NCBI GenBank assembly: GCA_963781885.1
Contig: CAWAHW010000004.1
Span: 195,940 to 259,939 of the forward strand
Source: an uncultured Spirochaetota bacterium
GTDB lineage: Bacteria; Spirochaetota; Spirochaetia; SZUA-6; Fen-1364
Reading direction: 5' to 3'
DNA: 64,000 nucleotides
The position numbers and the translations under genes are program-made. Within the stretch, counting starts at the first letter, position 1; each line of letters opens with the position of its first letter. Of the stretch, positions 11,176-21,869 are shown piece by piece. The notes beneath the pieces are model-generated. The model was not told where the DNA came from. It made no database searches and saw only the letters and a list, made by a program, of their open reading frames with translations.

Positions 11176-11505
11176 CCAACATACCGTTCATATAAGCTGC
11201 TCAACTAACGGAAAGGCGGCTTGATTGTCCGCGTGCAGTGGCATTCCAAGCGAGGGTCATGGGGTCGGGGTATCTTCATTCACGTCCTCCCTTTCCGTTG
11301 GAGTGATTAGGTTGCCGCGGGATTCACCCTCGCTGCAGCTCCATCCGTGACCCTCACTTGATATGCCATGGCATGGATCGTCGTCAAAGCCACATGAAGA
11401 CGGCGCTCGCCAAATACTTGGTCACAACACGACGGCCGGTGGCTGTCGTGTCTAGAATGAGGAGCCGTTGGCTCCAGATTCGACGTAGTACAAGGGAGGA
11501 AGGGA

Positions 11506-12609
11506 ATGAAAAGAACTCTGTTGTTTGGGCTTATGGCTCTGGCTCTCCTCGCCGTTGCGCTCCCCGCAATGGCAGCTCCATCGACTCTCGGGGTTGCGGG
11601 CGAAGTGACGTACGGCGTCATCGGCACCGGCACGACCGCAGCAGATGGTTTCGGCAATGCGCAAATGACTCTTACCGCAACTGTCGATCCCAACAACATG
11701 GCATCGCTGCAGCTTTACGCAAACACCCTGACTGCCACTGAGAACGGCTCCACCATGGGCATCCCTGTTGTCAACGATTTCTACTGGCAGTCGAATATCG
11801 GCGGCATACTCGGTCTGGACGCCAAGGTTGTCGACCCGGTCCTCTCGGTGGGATATGGCGTTTACGATCTTCCTGACTTCAACCTGACCCAGTCCGGCCC
11901 TGAAGGCATCGCGGCACTCGGCGTCGACAGCGGCAATGCGGACGGCATGTTCGGTGGTGAAATCGGACATGGATTTGGCCTGGCTGCTTTGAACACCAGC
12001 ATCCTGGGGATGTTCAACGTCGTCCTGGCAGCATCTGGAACGGCTTTCACAACGGCAACGCCCGAAGCTCTGGCTGGCGTTTATGGCACGGTCGGACCTG
12101 TCAGCTTCGAAGCTGGGTGGGCCGCAAAGGGAACCACAGCTGGTTACATTCCCATCGGCGTCAAGGCAAATCTTGCGATGGGGGACATCGGTCTTGCAGC
12201 CATGGGCAGCTACGTTGTCAATCTGAACGCGGGCGGCGTGTCCAACTGGGCAGGCGGCCTCCAGGCAAGCTACAAGAGCAGCTACACGGTTGACTTTGCC
12301 TTGGTTTCCACCGAACCCAAGTGGGCCACCGCCGGGATCATCGAAGGCACGGGAGATGTCATTCTTACCTTCGCACCGAACTTCGGAGTCATCGGCACGG
12401 CATGGCTGAACCTCGCTACTAACGCAGCGGCGCTGTTCGATACCTTCGAAGCTTCCGTTTGGTACTCGTTCGGCCCTGCCAAGATTCGTGTTGGCTACCT
12501 CTACACGACCGCGACGGGGAACACACTCGGAAATCCTGACCTGAACGCACCGGCGGCTAATGGCGCCAATGGCGGCGGCGTATTCGCTACTGCCGACATG
12601 TCCTTCTAG
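11506..12609 (+). CDS. outer-membrane beta-barrel (porin-like) protein
   Basis: Signal peptide MKRTLLFGLMALALLAVALPAMA, Gly/Ala/Thr-rich alternating pattern, C-terminal Phe (..ADMSF). [13 protein letters not shown]. Confidence 0.6.
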   Translation: MKRTLLFGLMALALLAVALPAMAAPSTLGVAGEVTYGVIGTGTTAADGFGNAQMTLTATVDPNNMASLQLYANTLTATENGSTMGIPVVNDFYWQSNIGGILGLDAKVVDPVLSVGYGVYDLPDFNLTQSGPEGIAALGVDSGNADGMFGGEIGHGFGLAALNTSILGMFNVVLAASGTAFTTATPEALAGVYGTVGPVSFEAGWAAKGTTAGYIPIGVKANLAMGDIGLAAMGSYVVNLNAGGVSNWAGGLQASYKSSYTVDFALVSTEPKWATAGIIEGTGDVILTFAPNFGVIGTAWLNLATNAAALFDTFEASVWYSFGPAKIRVGYLYTTATGNTLGNPDLNAPAANGANGGGVFATADMSF

Positions 12610-12632
12610 AACGTACTCCTTTCTGACTATCA

Positions 12633-12667
12633 AAACGGCCCTTCTTCCAAAGGGCCGTTTTTTTTCG
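12633..12667 (+). terminator. rho-independent terminator after porin gene
   Basis: ACGGCCCTT-CTTCCA-AAGGGCCGT perfect 9-bp stem followed by TTTTTTTT. Confidence 0.75.
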
Positions 12668-12753
12668 GGGCTCACCAGCTTTGTGGCGATGAAGCTGCTC
12701 ACAATGCTTGACAGGCCCTTCCCTCCGATTCACTATTCCGTGAAGCGCCCCCG

Positions 12754-14523
12754 ATGAAACACAACACATCATCGCCTCTGGTCATTGCAGTCTTCGTTAC
12801 GGCGCTGGCAATGTTGGCGGGGGCGACTTTCATCAACACCCGGATTACCCTGCGTCACATAGACGTCGACAGGCTCTATGTCGCGAGCCGCGCCCGACTC
12901 ACTTCGATCCAGGAGCTTAAATCGATCGTGCTCACGGCCGTGATCGCGGAAAGAAACTTCATCCTCAGCGGGAACGATCAGGATCTCCAGCCGTACGAAC
13001 AGGCAAAGGCGGATGCGCGGGTGCAGGTTGAAAAAATCGACCCCCTGATCGACGATGCTTCCCCTCAACAGTCGGACCTCGACGAATTACGAAGCCTTTT
13101 TCAGGAAAAATTCGCCGCCCTTGACGAGATGATCGCCATGCGGCGGGCTCATGGGATCGGGCGCGAGGTGACGAGCATCCTCGTGGACAGAAGCATACCG
13201 CTTCTCACCAAGATCGATGCCGCGGAAGGCATCATGCAGAACGCTGAGGCAGCAACGCTCCAGCAACTGGAGAATCGTTCGTCGGACAGCGTTTATCTGT
13301 CCCTTGCCGTCTCATCCGGCGGCAGCGCCCTTGCTTTGCTGCTCCTTGTACTCGCCTTCGTCATGCTGGAACGGGAAATCGTGCGGCGACGCGTCACCGA
13401 AGCGGGCCTTGTCGAGGCAAAACAGGTCGCCGATGCCGCGAATCGGGCGAAAAGCGAATTCCTGGCCAATATGAGTCACGAGATCAGGACCCCCATGAAC
13501 GCGATCTTGGGTTTTGCCGAGCTCTTGGGGGAATCGGCTTCGGCGGGCATCAAGGACAAGAGCAACATCGACGGGATCAAAACGGCGGGAAAAAGCCTCA
13601 TGATCATCATCAACGACATCCTGGATCTCTCCAAGATCGAGGCGGGCCGCCTGGATATTCGGCTCGAGCCGGTGAGCCTCCCGAGCCTGCTGCGCGACGT
13701 GGAGCGGATCTTCTCCGTGGCGGCGGCACGAAAGAAGCTCGATTTCCGCCTTACAATCGCCCGTGGGATACCCGATGTCCTCCGCCTCGACGAGGTGAGA
13801 TTGCGCCAGGTGCTCTTCAATCTGCTGGGGAATGCCATGAAATTCACGGACAAGGGTTCGGTCGGCGTCGCCGTCACAATGACGGGTCAGGTCTTACCGG
13901 CCAACCTCATCGACCTGGAAATCGATGTGATCGATACGGGCATCGGCATCGCCGCCGCCGACCAAGAGGCGATCTTCGAGCCTTTTCGCCAGGCGTTCCA
14001 GGGAGAGCGCCGATTCGGCGGAACGGGTCTCGGGCTTGCGATCAGCCGCAGGCTCGTGGCGGCGATGGGTGGATCGCTCTCGGTGCGGAGCGAGATCGGT
14101 CGAGGCTCCCTGTTCCGCGTCCGTCTTCCGGGGGTACAGGCGGCCGTGGGAATCGAGCCCGGCGCGGGAGGCGGCGGTCCCGCTCAAATCCCCCCTGAGA
14201 GCGCGATCCCTGTTCCCTCCGTTGCCCCCCTCATTCTCCTTTTCATCGAGCAGACGAGGAAAGCCGGTCCGCTCCGCGATGCCATCGGTTCCGCCATGCG
14301 CGAGGAAATTCTTCCTGAGCACAAGAGGCTGAAGATCACCCTCGAGGTCAAGGCCGTCCGCGCATGGTGCCTCCGGCTGCAAGAGCTCTCTGGCTCATGG
14401 GGATGCCCTGCTCTGGCGGATTTCGCCAGCACGCTCGAATCGTACGCCGACAGTTATCAGATCAACGAGATCGTCGGGTGTCTTCGAGAATTCAACGCCG
14501 TCCTCGAGGAGTTCACGCCATGA
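12754..14523 (+). CDS. sensor histidine kinase with periplasmic CHASE3-like domain
   Basis: N-terminal TM, CHASE3-like region, second TM, HisKA (EFLANMSHEIRTPMN), HATPase (GTGLGLAI). Promoter-like TTGACAGGCCC upstream. Confidence 0.8.
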   Translation: MKHNTSSPLVIAVFVTALAMLAGATFINTRITLRHIDVDRLYVASRARLTSIQELKSIVLTAVIAERNFILSGNDQDLQPYEQAKADARVQVEKIDPLIDDASPQQSDLDELRSLFQEKFAALDEMIAMRRAHGIGREVTSILVDRSIPLLTKIDAAEGIMQNAEAATLQQLENRSSDSVYLSLAVSSGGSALALLLLVLAFVMLEREIVRRRVTEAGLVEAKQVADAANRAKSEFLANMSHEIRTPMNAILGFAELLGESASAGIKDKSNIDGIKTAGKSLMIIINDILDLSKIEAGRLDIRLEPVSLPSLLRDVERIFSVAAARKKLDFRLTIARGIPDVLRLDEVRLRQVLFNLLGNAMKFTDKGSVGVAVTMTGQVLPANLIDLEIDVIDTGIGIAAADQEAIFEPFRQAFQGERRFGGTGLGLAISRRLVAAMGGSLSVRSEIGRGSLFRVRLPGVQAAVGIEPGAGGGGPAQIPPESAIPVPSVAPLILLFIEQTRKAGPLRDAIGSAMREEILPEHKRLKITLEVKAVRAWCLRLQELSGSWGCPALADFASTLESYADSYQINEIVGCLREFNAVLEEFTP

Positions 14524-15668
14524 TCGAGGCCGCCACAGAGGTCTTCCCCCACGCCACGGAATTCCGCGTCCTCATCGTGGATGACGTGCCCGACAACCTC
14601 AAGATCATCGGTGGCATCCTCGATGGGAAGGGAGTCGATCTCAGCTTCGCGACCAGCGGCGCCCAGGCCTTGGAGAGCGCCCAGGTCACCCATCCCGACC
14701 TTGTCCTCCTCGACGTGGCGATGCCCGAGATGGACGGCTACGAAGTGGCGCGGAGGTTCAAGACGACCGACGGCCTCTCCGACATCGCGGTGATTTTCAT
14801 CACGGCGCGCGCCCATTCTCAGGATGTTCTGGACGGTTTCCGCGCCGGCGCGGCCGACTACATCACAAAACCGTTCAACGCGGCCGAGCTTCTGGCGCGC
14901 GTCTTTACACACCTCGAGCTCAAGAAATCGCGGGATACCATTCGTCACCAGAACGAGGGCCTGCGCGCATCCAACGCCGCCAAGGACAGGCTCCTTTCCA
15001 TCATTGCCCATGATTTGAAAAACCCATTGCATGGGCTCATCGGCATTTCCGAGCTGCTGCTCGATATGGGTGACGGCATGGATGGCGCCTTGCGGAAGGG
15101 ACACCTGACTTCCCTGAACGCAACGGCCCGACAAATGGCAAAATCCCTTCGTGAGCTTCTGGATTGGGCCAAAGTGCAGAGCGGCGCCATTGAATGGAAA
15201 CCGGAAGAGTTCATGCTGGCATTCATCGTTGAAGAATCGATCCTCCTCATGCAGAGCGCGGCAACCGCAAAGGAGGTCGCCGTGACGAACCGCATCGCGA
15301 GCGAGGAAAAGGTATTCGCTGATCCAATCATGATCCTCACGGTTGTCCGCAATCTCCTGCAAAACGCGATCAAGTATTCCAGACGCGGTGGCGAAGTCAC
15401 CATTTCCGCTGAGAATGTCGTTGATGACAGCGTTCGGATCATGGTCGGCGACACGGGTATAGGCATGCATCCCGCCCTCGTCACCTCCCTCCTCAAGAAT
15501 GATTCGCTTGCGTCGCGACCGGGGACCGAAGGCGAGCTGGGGACTGGACTCGGACTCAAGTTCTGTTGGGAGTTCCTATCGACGCATAGAACCACCCTCC
15601 AAGTGAAAAGCGAAGAGGGAAAAGGGACGACGTTCTCATTCGTGCTGCCTCGCAGGAAAAAAGAATAG
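14520..15668 (+). CDS. hybrid response regulator-histidine kinase (REC-HisKA-HATPase)
   Basis: REC domain (LIVDDVPDNL...DVAMPEMDGY...ADYITKPF), then HisKA (IIAHDLKNPL) and HATPase (DTGIGM, GTGLGL). ATG overlaps the upstream TGA (ATGA). The track ORF start at 14364 is an overextension. Confidence 0.8.
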   Translation: MIEAATEVFPHATEFRVLIVDDVPDNLKIIGGILDGKGVDLSFATSGAQALESAQVTHPDLVLLDVAMPEMDGYEVARRFKTTDGLSDIAVIFITARAHSQDVLDGFRAGAADYITKPFNAAELLARVFTHLELKKSRDTIRHQNEGLRASNAAKDRLLSIIAHDLKNPLHGLIGISELLLDMGDGMDGALRKGHLTSLNATARQMAKSLRELLDWAKVQSGAIEWKPEEFMLAFIVEESILLMQSAATAKEVAVTNRIASEEKVFADPIMILTVVRNLLQNAIKYSRRGGEVTISAENVVDDSVRIMVGDTGIGMHPALVTSLLKNDSLASRPGTEGELGTGLGLKFCWEFLSTHRTTLQVKSEEGKGTTFSFVLPRRKKE

Positions 15669-15713
15669 ATTCGGATCCGCCTTCGCGCGGCTGCCGGTTC
15701 AGCGCCCTGCTGT

Positions 15714-16832
15714 CTACTCCACCTCGTCGGGCCTGACCTCCTCCCCGGTGGCCGCGGACTGAAGAGCCGCCAGGGTGAACTGGAGGACTGCCTTGCCTGC
15801 GGGGCCGTCCAGCTTGGGTTTCCCGCGGCCATGAAGCGCATCGATGAGATTGTGGGTCGCGGCAATGAACCCATCGTGCCATTCCTCTCCCTCAACGGGT
15901 ATGGCCTTTGTCTCTCCACCCTTGAACAGCATGAGCGCGGGAAGGTCAACGGTCCTTGCCGTGTAGCGATTGATGAAGATGATGCCCTTTTCACCGATCA
16001 CTTCGATGCGATCGTCGTCCGTGTAGTACTGGGAATTGATGCACATCTTCGGCGTGTACTCCACGTCCAGGAATCCATAGCGACGCGCTGCCTTGTACTG
16101 GAACATGATCGCGGCCGGCGCATCGATCCGCACGGTGCCGGCCGTGTCCTTGACCGCGGTTCCATCGATCCAGGCAAAGACCTTTTCCACGGGCCCTCCC
16201 AGGAAGTACCCCACGGAGAAAAGGTGGTAGCCGTGATCGAACACCAGCGGCCCGCCGCCGCACTGCTTCTTGTTGAAGCGCCAGAGCCATGCGCTGAGAG
16301 GCACTTTCCATCCCGTGTTTTCCGTTCCCGTATTCACGTGCATCCGCACGGCGCGGACTTCTCCGATCTCCCCGGCGTCGATCATCTCCTTTGCGCGGAC
16401 CGCGGGGGCGTAGCAGGCGAAGGTCTCGAAGACCCGGAGCACGACTCCGGCCTTGCGTGCCGCGTCGATCATCTCATCCGCTTCCGCGGCGGACAGCGCC
16501 ATGGGCTTCTGCACGGAGACGTGCTTGCCCGCCCGGCAGGCCGCCACGCTCATGGAGCAGTGCAGGTGGTGCGGTGTCAGCAGCTCCACCACGTCCACCT
16601 CCGGGTCCCGCAGCACCTGTTCGTAGTCGGTGTAGACCCTGTCCACGCCCCATGCCTTTGCCTTTTCCGCGGCATGTGCCCGGCTCGTGTCGCACACCGC
16701 CATTATTTTCGCGTCCTCCCTCCCCTGGTAACCGAGCCGATGCAGGTCCGAGATCCTTCCACACCCGACAATGGCAACGCCCAGTGGCTTGGTTCGCGTC
16801 GAAAGCCTGGAAACTCTGACTGCAGTGGCCAT
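15714..16832 (-). CDS. Gfo/Idh/MocA-family NAD(P)-dependent oxidoreductase
   Basis: Rossmann motif VAIVGCGRIS, EKP-like motif VSVQKPMA, family-typical length of 372 aa. Confidence 0.85.
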   Translation of the reverse strand: MATAVRVSRLSTRTKPLGVAIVGCGRISDLHRLGYQGREDAKIMAVCDTSRAHAAEKAKAWGVDRVYTDYEQVLRDPEVDVVELLTPHHLHCSMSVAACRAGKHVSVQKPMALSAAEADEMIDAARKAGVVLRVFETFACYAPAVRAKEMIDAGEIGEVRAVRMHVNTGTENTGWKVPLSAWLWRFNKKQCGGGPLVFDHGYHLFSVGYFLGGPVEKVFAWIDGTAVKDTAGTVRIDAPAAIMFQYKAARRYGFLDVEYTPKMCINSQYYTDDDRIEVIGEKGIIFINRYTARTVDLPALMLFKGGETKAIPVEGEEWHDGFIAATHNLIDALHGRGKPKLDGPAGKAVLQFTLAALQSAATGEEVRPDEVE

Positions 16833-16835
16833 GGT

Positions 16836-17468
16836 CTACTCCTTTGAAATGGATCGAACTGAAGACTCCAGTCGCGGGTCCGCGCCAAGAGAGGCGCGAA
16901 GCACGGGAAAAAAAGCGGGGAAAGTAAGCGCCGGACGGACGACCTCCGCGGGAAGGGACGTCACGATGTCGGCCATGGCGCGGTGGGTGATTCCCGAGAC
17001 TTCCTTCAACAATGCTCTGCCGCGGCGCTGCGGCTCTGCACGGCCGGCGGGATAACCCGCACCGGCATCTGCCGTGAAAAGGTTGTCGAAGATGAGCCTC
17101 AGGTTGATGTCGCCTGCCCAGCCATATCCCTGATTCAGGGCAAGAGAGACGCAATTGCCCGCGTTGATGCGGGAAAAAAGCCACGCATCCAGGGGAGAGA
17201 GCAAATGGCCGCAGCAGACGCCGGGGTATTGCATGACTGAGTTCATATAGCCGATCCCGGTTCCGCAGCCGCCGATCACGAAGTCCACGGCGCCCAGATG
17301 CAGGAGCAGGGCGGACATCAGGCCCGTGTGGACATAGAGAAGCTCGGGCGACTGGCCGCTCTGCGTGTTCCCAAGGTTCAGGACCTCCAGCCCCCGGCCT
17401 TCCAGCGCCTTCACAATGTCCGCGTTCCTGTCGGCAGCGCTCGTTTCGTTGATGACGGCGACTCTCAT
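16836..17468 (-). CDS. RpiB/LacA/LacB-family sugar-phosphate isomerase
   Basis: FVIGGCGTGIGYMNSVMQYPGVCCGHL matches the RpiB active-site region (catalytic Cys). Confidence 0.7.
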   Translation of the reverse strand: MRVAVINETSAADRNADIVKALEGRGLEVLNLGNTQSGQSPELLYVHTGLMSALLLHLGAVDFVIGGCGTGIGYMNSVMQYPGVCCGHLLSPLDAWLFSRINAGNCVSLALNQGYGWAGDINLRLIFDNLFTADAGAGYPAGRAEPQRRGRALLKEVSGITHRAMADIVTSLPAEVVRPALTFPAFFPVLRASLGADPRLESSVRSISKE

Positions 17469-18418
17469 GACCGGCTCCCCTTCCTCCTGTCCATGGCGCG
17501 GCGCGCCGAAACGGCGATCTGCTCAATGGACAAGCCGCAGGCATCCATGAGCGTGTCCAGATTGCGCCCGGTCGGGCAGAAGACGTCCTGGATTCCCACC
17601 CGTTCGACCGGAACGGGAACGGAGGCGGCAAGCGCTTCCGTCACCGCGCCGCCCAGGCCGCCGATGATCGAATGCTCCTCCGCGGTCACGATCGCTCCCG
17701 TTTCCTCCGCGGCACGGATGATCAGCGCCTGGTCCAGCGGCTTCAGCGTGTGCAGCTCCAGGACGCGCGCCTGGATGCCCGCGCGGCCAAGCAGGTCCGC
17801 CGCCGCGAGGCAGCGCCCGGTCATGGCGCCCGTGGCAATCAAGGTGACGTCCCCGCCGTCGCGCAGGCAGAGCCCCGCGCCGATTCGAAGCGGCGTGCCC
17901 GGCCTGTAGACCGGCAAGGCGGGGGCGCGGCTGATCCGCAGGTAGACCGGACCGTCGTGTTCCGCGGCCAGTGGTACAAAGGCCGCTGCTTCCTGCGCGT
18001 CCGCGGGAACGATGACGGTCATGTTGGGCAGCGCCCGCATGTTCGCCAGGTCCGTGATGGAATAGTGCGTTGCCCCGTCCTTGAAATCGGAAATGCCGGC
18101 GTAGCTTGCGGCGATCTTGACGTTGGTCCTTGCATAGCAGACGCACGTCCGCACCTGCTCCAGCGCGCGAAGGGAAAGAAGGGAGGCAAATCCGTTCGCG
18201 AACGGAATGAAGCCCCCCAGCGCCAGGCCTGCCGCCACGTCGATCATGCAGGGCTCCGCGATCCCAATATTGAGAAATCGATCGGGGTGGCGCACCGCGA
18301 AGAACTTCGAAAGCGTCGAGGCCGACGTGTCCACGTCCAGGGCCACGACCTTCGGGTTGCCGTCCGCGTATTCGGCAAGCGCCTTCCCGTATGACTCGCG
18401 CATGGAAGGCTCAGGCAT
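17465..18418 (-). CDS. transketolase, C-terminal subunit (pyrimidine-binding + C-terminal domains)
   Basis: Start MPEPSMRESYGKALAEYA at 18418 (the track ORF is over-extended). Typical split-Tkt B-subunit motifs. Overlaps the N-subunit stop (ATGCCTGA). Confidence 0.85.
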   Translation of the reverse strand: MPEPSMRESYGKALAEYADGNPKVVALDVDTSASTLSKFFAVRHPDRFLNIGIAEPCMIDVAAGLALGGFIPFANGFASLLSLRALEQVRTCVCYARTNVKIAASYAGISDFKDGATHYSITDLANMRALPNMTVIVPADAQEAAAFVPLAAEHDGPVYLRISRAPALPVYRPGTPLRIGAGLCLRDGGDVTLIATGAMTGRCLAAADLLGRAGIQARVLELHTLKPLDQALIIRAAEETGAIVTAEEHSIIGGLGGAVTEALAASVPVPVERVGIQDVFCPTGRNLDTLMDACGLSIEQIAVSARRAMDRRKGSRS

Positions 18419-19259
18419 CGTCCGGCTCCTCTCCCAATTCACGCAGGGCCTGGCGCAACTCGTGGTCCGAAGGAACGTTGCCGTGCCAGGAGCTCTGGTT
18501 CTCCATGAAGGAGACTCCCTTTCCCTTGGTGGTCTTTGCAATGACGATGCTGGGCCGGTCCCCCTTTTTCGCGGCGCTTTCCAGCGCGCTGATGAGAGAA
18601 CCGGTGTCGTGTCCGTTGCATGGAATGACGTTCCATCCGAAAGCGGCCCACTTGTCGGCAAGGGGCTCGAGGGGCATGACGTCATGCACGAATCCGTCGA
18701 GCTGCACGTCGTTGTTGTCCAGGATCACCGTCAGGTTGGAGAGCTTGAACTTGGCCGCCGACATGGCGCCTTCCCAGATGATGCCGGCCTGCGACTCGCC
18801 GTCGCCAATCAGGACATAGGTCCGATAGTCCATTCCCTTCCACCGAGCGGCGAGCGCCAGACCTGCCCCCACGGCGATACCGTGTCCAAGGATGCCGCTC
18901 GTCATGTCCACCCCCGGTGTCTTCAGCCTGTCGGGATGGCTCTGGTGCGGGCAGCCCACCTCTCCCCAATCATTCAGGGATGACGGAGCGAAGAATCCGC
19001 GCCGGGCGAGGGCCGCATACAGCGCCGCCGACGCGTGTCCCTTTGAGAGAATGAACCTGTCGCGCTCCTCCCAGAGAGGCAGCGCAGGATCCAGACGCAT
19101 GACGCGGAAGTACAGGACTGCAAGGATTTCCGCCGCGGAGAGGGCGCCCCCGGGATGCCCCGCGCCGCGTCGATGGATCATGCGCAGACTGTCCACCCTG
19201 AGCAGGCGGGCCATCTCGTCAAGGTCGCACATCTTTTCTCCCTCTCCGCGCGGGGACAT
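18411..19259 (-). CDS. transketolase, N-terminal subunit (TPP-binding)
   Basis: GHPGGALS, LSKGHA, GDGESQAG TPP-binding motifs. 282 aa. Confidence 0.85.
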   Translation of the reverse strand: MSPRGEGEKMCDLDEMARLLRVDSLRMIHRRGAGHPGGALSAAEILAVLYFRVMRLDPALPLWEERDRFILSKGHASAALYAALARRGFFAPSSLNDWGEVGCPHQSHPDRLKTPGVDMTSGILGHGIAVGAGLALAARWKGMDYRTYVLIGDGESQAGIIWEGAMSAAKFKLSNLTVILDNNDVQLDGFVHDVMPLEPLADKWAAFGWNVIPCNGHDTGSLISALESAAKKGDRPSIVIAKTTKGKGVSFMENQSSWHGNVPSDHELRQALRELGEEPDDA

Positions 19260-19262
19260 TCG

Positions 19263-21111
19263 CTAGAGTCCTATCTCATGCCGGAGCGCCTGGACCGAGT
19301 CGCACCATGGACCCACATTCCAGCGCCCCCAGACTCCCATGCCGCCCAGCGGGTCTGCGCCGAAGTACACGGGAACGTGGACGAGCGAGAGTCCCGGGTG
19401 CCTGCCCGCTTCCACCAGCGCCGCGCGAAGGGCTTCTGGTGTCCGGCCGCCGTCCACCGCGCGCACGCCGGGAACGGACCGTGCCCAGGCAAGGTAGTCC
19501 ACCTTCAGCGTGTTCCAGGTCGCAAATCCCCTGCCGTACTGATCGTTCTGCAGACCGGTGATGGCACCCATCCTGCCGTTGTCCAGCAGGACGATGCAGC
19601 CGCGCGCGCCATGCTCCGCGCCGTCGATCAGGACCTGGGGATTCATCGTGAAGGAGCCGTCACCGGTAAAAGCCACAGCGGAGAAGGGCTTGTCCGCCGC
19701 CGCGGTTGCAAGAAGCGCGGACACGGCGAATCCCATGTAGGATGCCCCGGCCTCCGTCAGCGTGACGCCCGGGCTCTTCATCCTCCACCACCTGAAAGCC
19801 GTTGGCCTGCACGTCCCCCGCGTCGAAGAAACACACGGCACCACGCTCCCGGGCCCACGATGCCGCGATCCCGATGACAGCAGGCTGGGTGAGCACGGGC
19901 CCGGCCCAGTACTCGTCCTTCAGCACGGGGTTGCTGAACCTCTGTCTCTTGAAGTCCTGCCATTCGGCCTTCTTCTGTGCGCAGGAGTCCGCCCAGCCCC
20001 CGCGTGCAAAGCCTCCGCCAAGCGCCTGGTTGAGCCTCCCCAGCGTGCGCTCCGCGTCCCCGACGAGCGCGAGCGAGTGGCGGTAATGCGTAGCGTCCTC
20101 GAAATCCGCGTTGATATTGATCACGCGCTTCACGTTCGGATAGCCCGTGCGGGAGCAGTCTGACTGGCAGACGGCGCGCGTGCCCACGGCCACCAGAAGG
20201 TCCGCGTTCTCCATGGCGTGGTTCCCGCAAAGGGAGCCCTTTGAGCCGCCCACGCCCATGCACTGCGGGTGCGAATAGGGAATGCAGCCGGAGGCGATGG
20301 GCGTGAAGACCAGGACTCCACCCGACAACTCCAGCAGCTTCTCCAGTTGGGCGCGCGCCGTCCTGCCGCCTCCGCCCACCTTGACCAGCACCCGTTGGGC
20401 ATCGCGGATCCACCCCGCGGCCGTCTCGTAGTCGCCGTTGGCGGCGGCCAAGGCGGTTGCGCCTGTCGCGGAAGGAATCTCCGGAAGCTCGGCGGTGTTG
20501 AACCCACGGATCAGCGTGGACTGGGTGTTCAAGGGAAGAAGGAGGTAGAACGGAGTGGGCCGATACGGATGGTCCACGGCCGCCGCGCCTCGCTGAAGCG
20601 CAGTGGACAGGGCAAGAGGAGTATGGAGGCTGTACGCCCTGCCCATTGTCGCGGCCAGCCGCAGGAAAAGTCCCTGCTCGGGCCGGGGGACCTGCTGCAT
20701 GTTATAGCCTTCGTCCTCCGTGGTTTCGTCCCCCATGAGGTACCAGACGCCAACTCCGTCCGATGCCGGGGCGATCGAAGCTGCCAGGGCCTGCAGCGCG
20801 CCGGGACCGATGGAGGTGACAACCGCGGCCTTCTCTCCCGTTGCCCACCGCAAGGCCATGGCGGCGTGGGAGGCTTCGATTTCATTACGGACCGCGAAGA
20901 CCCTGGCCAGACCTGCTTCCTGGTAGACCCGAAGGACTTCGCCGATCTCCGTGGAGCCATGCCCGAAGACCGCGAAGTACTTCCTCACTCCCAGTCGGAG
21001 CAGGCCGAGCACGAGCGCCTCGGACAGGGTGACGTCCACCCGTGCCGGCAGCGTCCCACCCTGTGCCAGAGATCGCGCGCGTGCCAGTCGTTCTGCTCCT
21101 GCATCGTGCAT
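19263..21111 (-). pseudogene. thiamine-pyrophosphate-dependent enzyme (acetolactate synthase / IolD / sulfoacetaldehyde acetyltransferase superfamily), single frameshift near 19780-19800
   Basis: Pyr and middle domains in ORF 19660-21111. TPP-binding C-terminal domain (GASYMGFAV...TGDGSF...LDNG) in ORF 19263-19844, other frame. The junction maps to a CCC/CC homopolymer (gaagagcccggg). Confidence 0.6.
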
Positions 21112-21119
21112 GCCGTCTC

Positions 21120-21863
21120 CTATCGCGGCCCGGAGGCCTGACGCTCCCCGAGCGCCTTTCCGACTTCCACCGCGATGGCCGCCAACTCAGGCAGGCGCTG
21201 CGGCGTCATCCGCGTGGCGGGACCCGAGATGCCCATGGAGCCTACGACCCTTCCCCTGAAGTCCACCACCGACACCGCAATACAGCGGATGCCGAGGTCG
21301 AACTCCTCGTCGTCCACGGCGTAGCCCTGGCGTCTCACTTCCCCGAGCTCGCGCTCCAGTGCGGCAGGATCCGTGATGGTGCGTTCCGTGTAGGATTCCA
21401 GCGTCTCGGGCATCGGGATGTCCGTGAAAGCAAGCAGCACCTTGCCCAGCGCCGTGCAATGAAGCGGCCCTGTCTGCCCGACCTGTACGTTCACCCGGAG
21501 CGTTGCCGGAGATTCGACCTGGTCGATATAGAGCGCCTTGCCCCGCGACTCCAACGCAAGGTGCGCACACTCCCCCGTGCGTTCCATGAGCTGCCGGAGG
21601 AAGGGCTTGGCCGCCTCCCGCCACGGAAGCCGCGCAAGCACGCTGCGGCTCAGTGTGACCACCCGCGGACCAAGATGGTAACGCCGGGTCGCCTCGTCCC
21701 GTTCGACATAACCGTTATGCGCGAGCGTTGAGGCAAGCCGCGAGGCGCTCGCCTTGTCCACGCCGAGGGCGTCCGCCAGCGCGGTCACCGAGGTGCCTTC
21801 CGGCGCCTGGGAGAGCAGGTCGAGGATGTTGAGGCCACGCGTAAGTGACTGAATCTCTGTCAT
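21120..21863 (-). CDS. IclR-family transcriptional regulator
   Basis: N-terminal HTH (LNILDLLSQAPEGTSVTALADALGVDKASASRLASTL) and C-terminal IclR effector domain. Start MTEIQSL at 21863. Confidence 0.85.
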   Translation of the reverse strand: MTEIQSLTRGLNILDLLSQAPEGTSVTALADALGVDKASASRLASTLAHNGYVERDEATRRYHLGPRVVTLSRSVLARLPWREAAKPFLRQLMERTGECAHLALESRGKALYIDQVESPATLRVNVQVGQTGPLHCTALGKVLLAFTDIPMPETLESYTERTITDPAALERELGEVRRQGYAVDDEEFDLGIRCIAVSVVDFRGRVVGSMGISGPATRMTPQRLPELAAIAVEVGKALGERQASGPR

Positions 21864-21869
21864 CGTTGC

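Noticed and set aside
14364-14519. N-terminal extension of the hybrid kinase ORF
   Set aside because: The REC domain begins at MIEAATEV (ATG 14520), which overlaps the upstream stop. The extension lies inside the preceding kinase gene.
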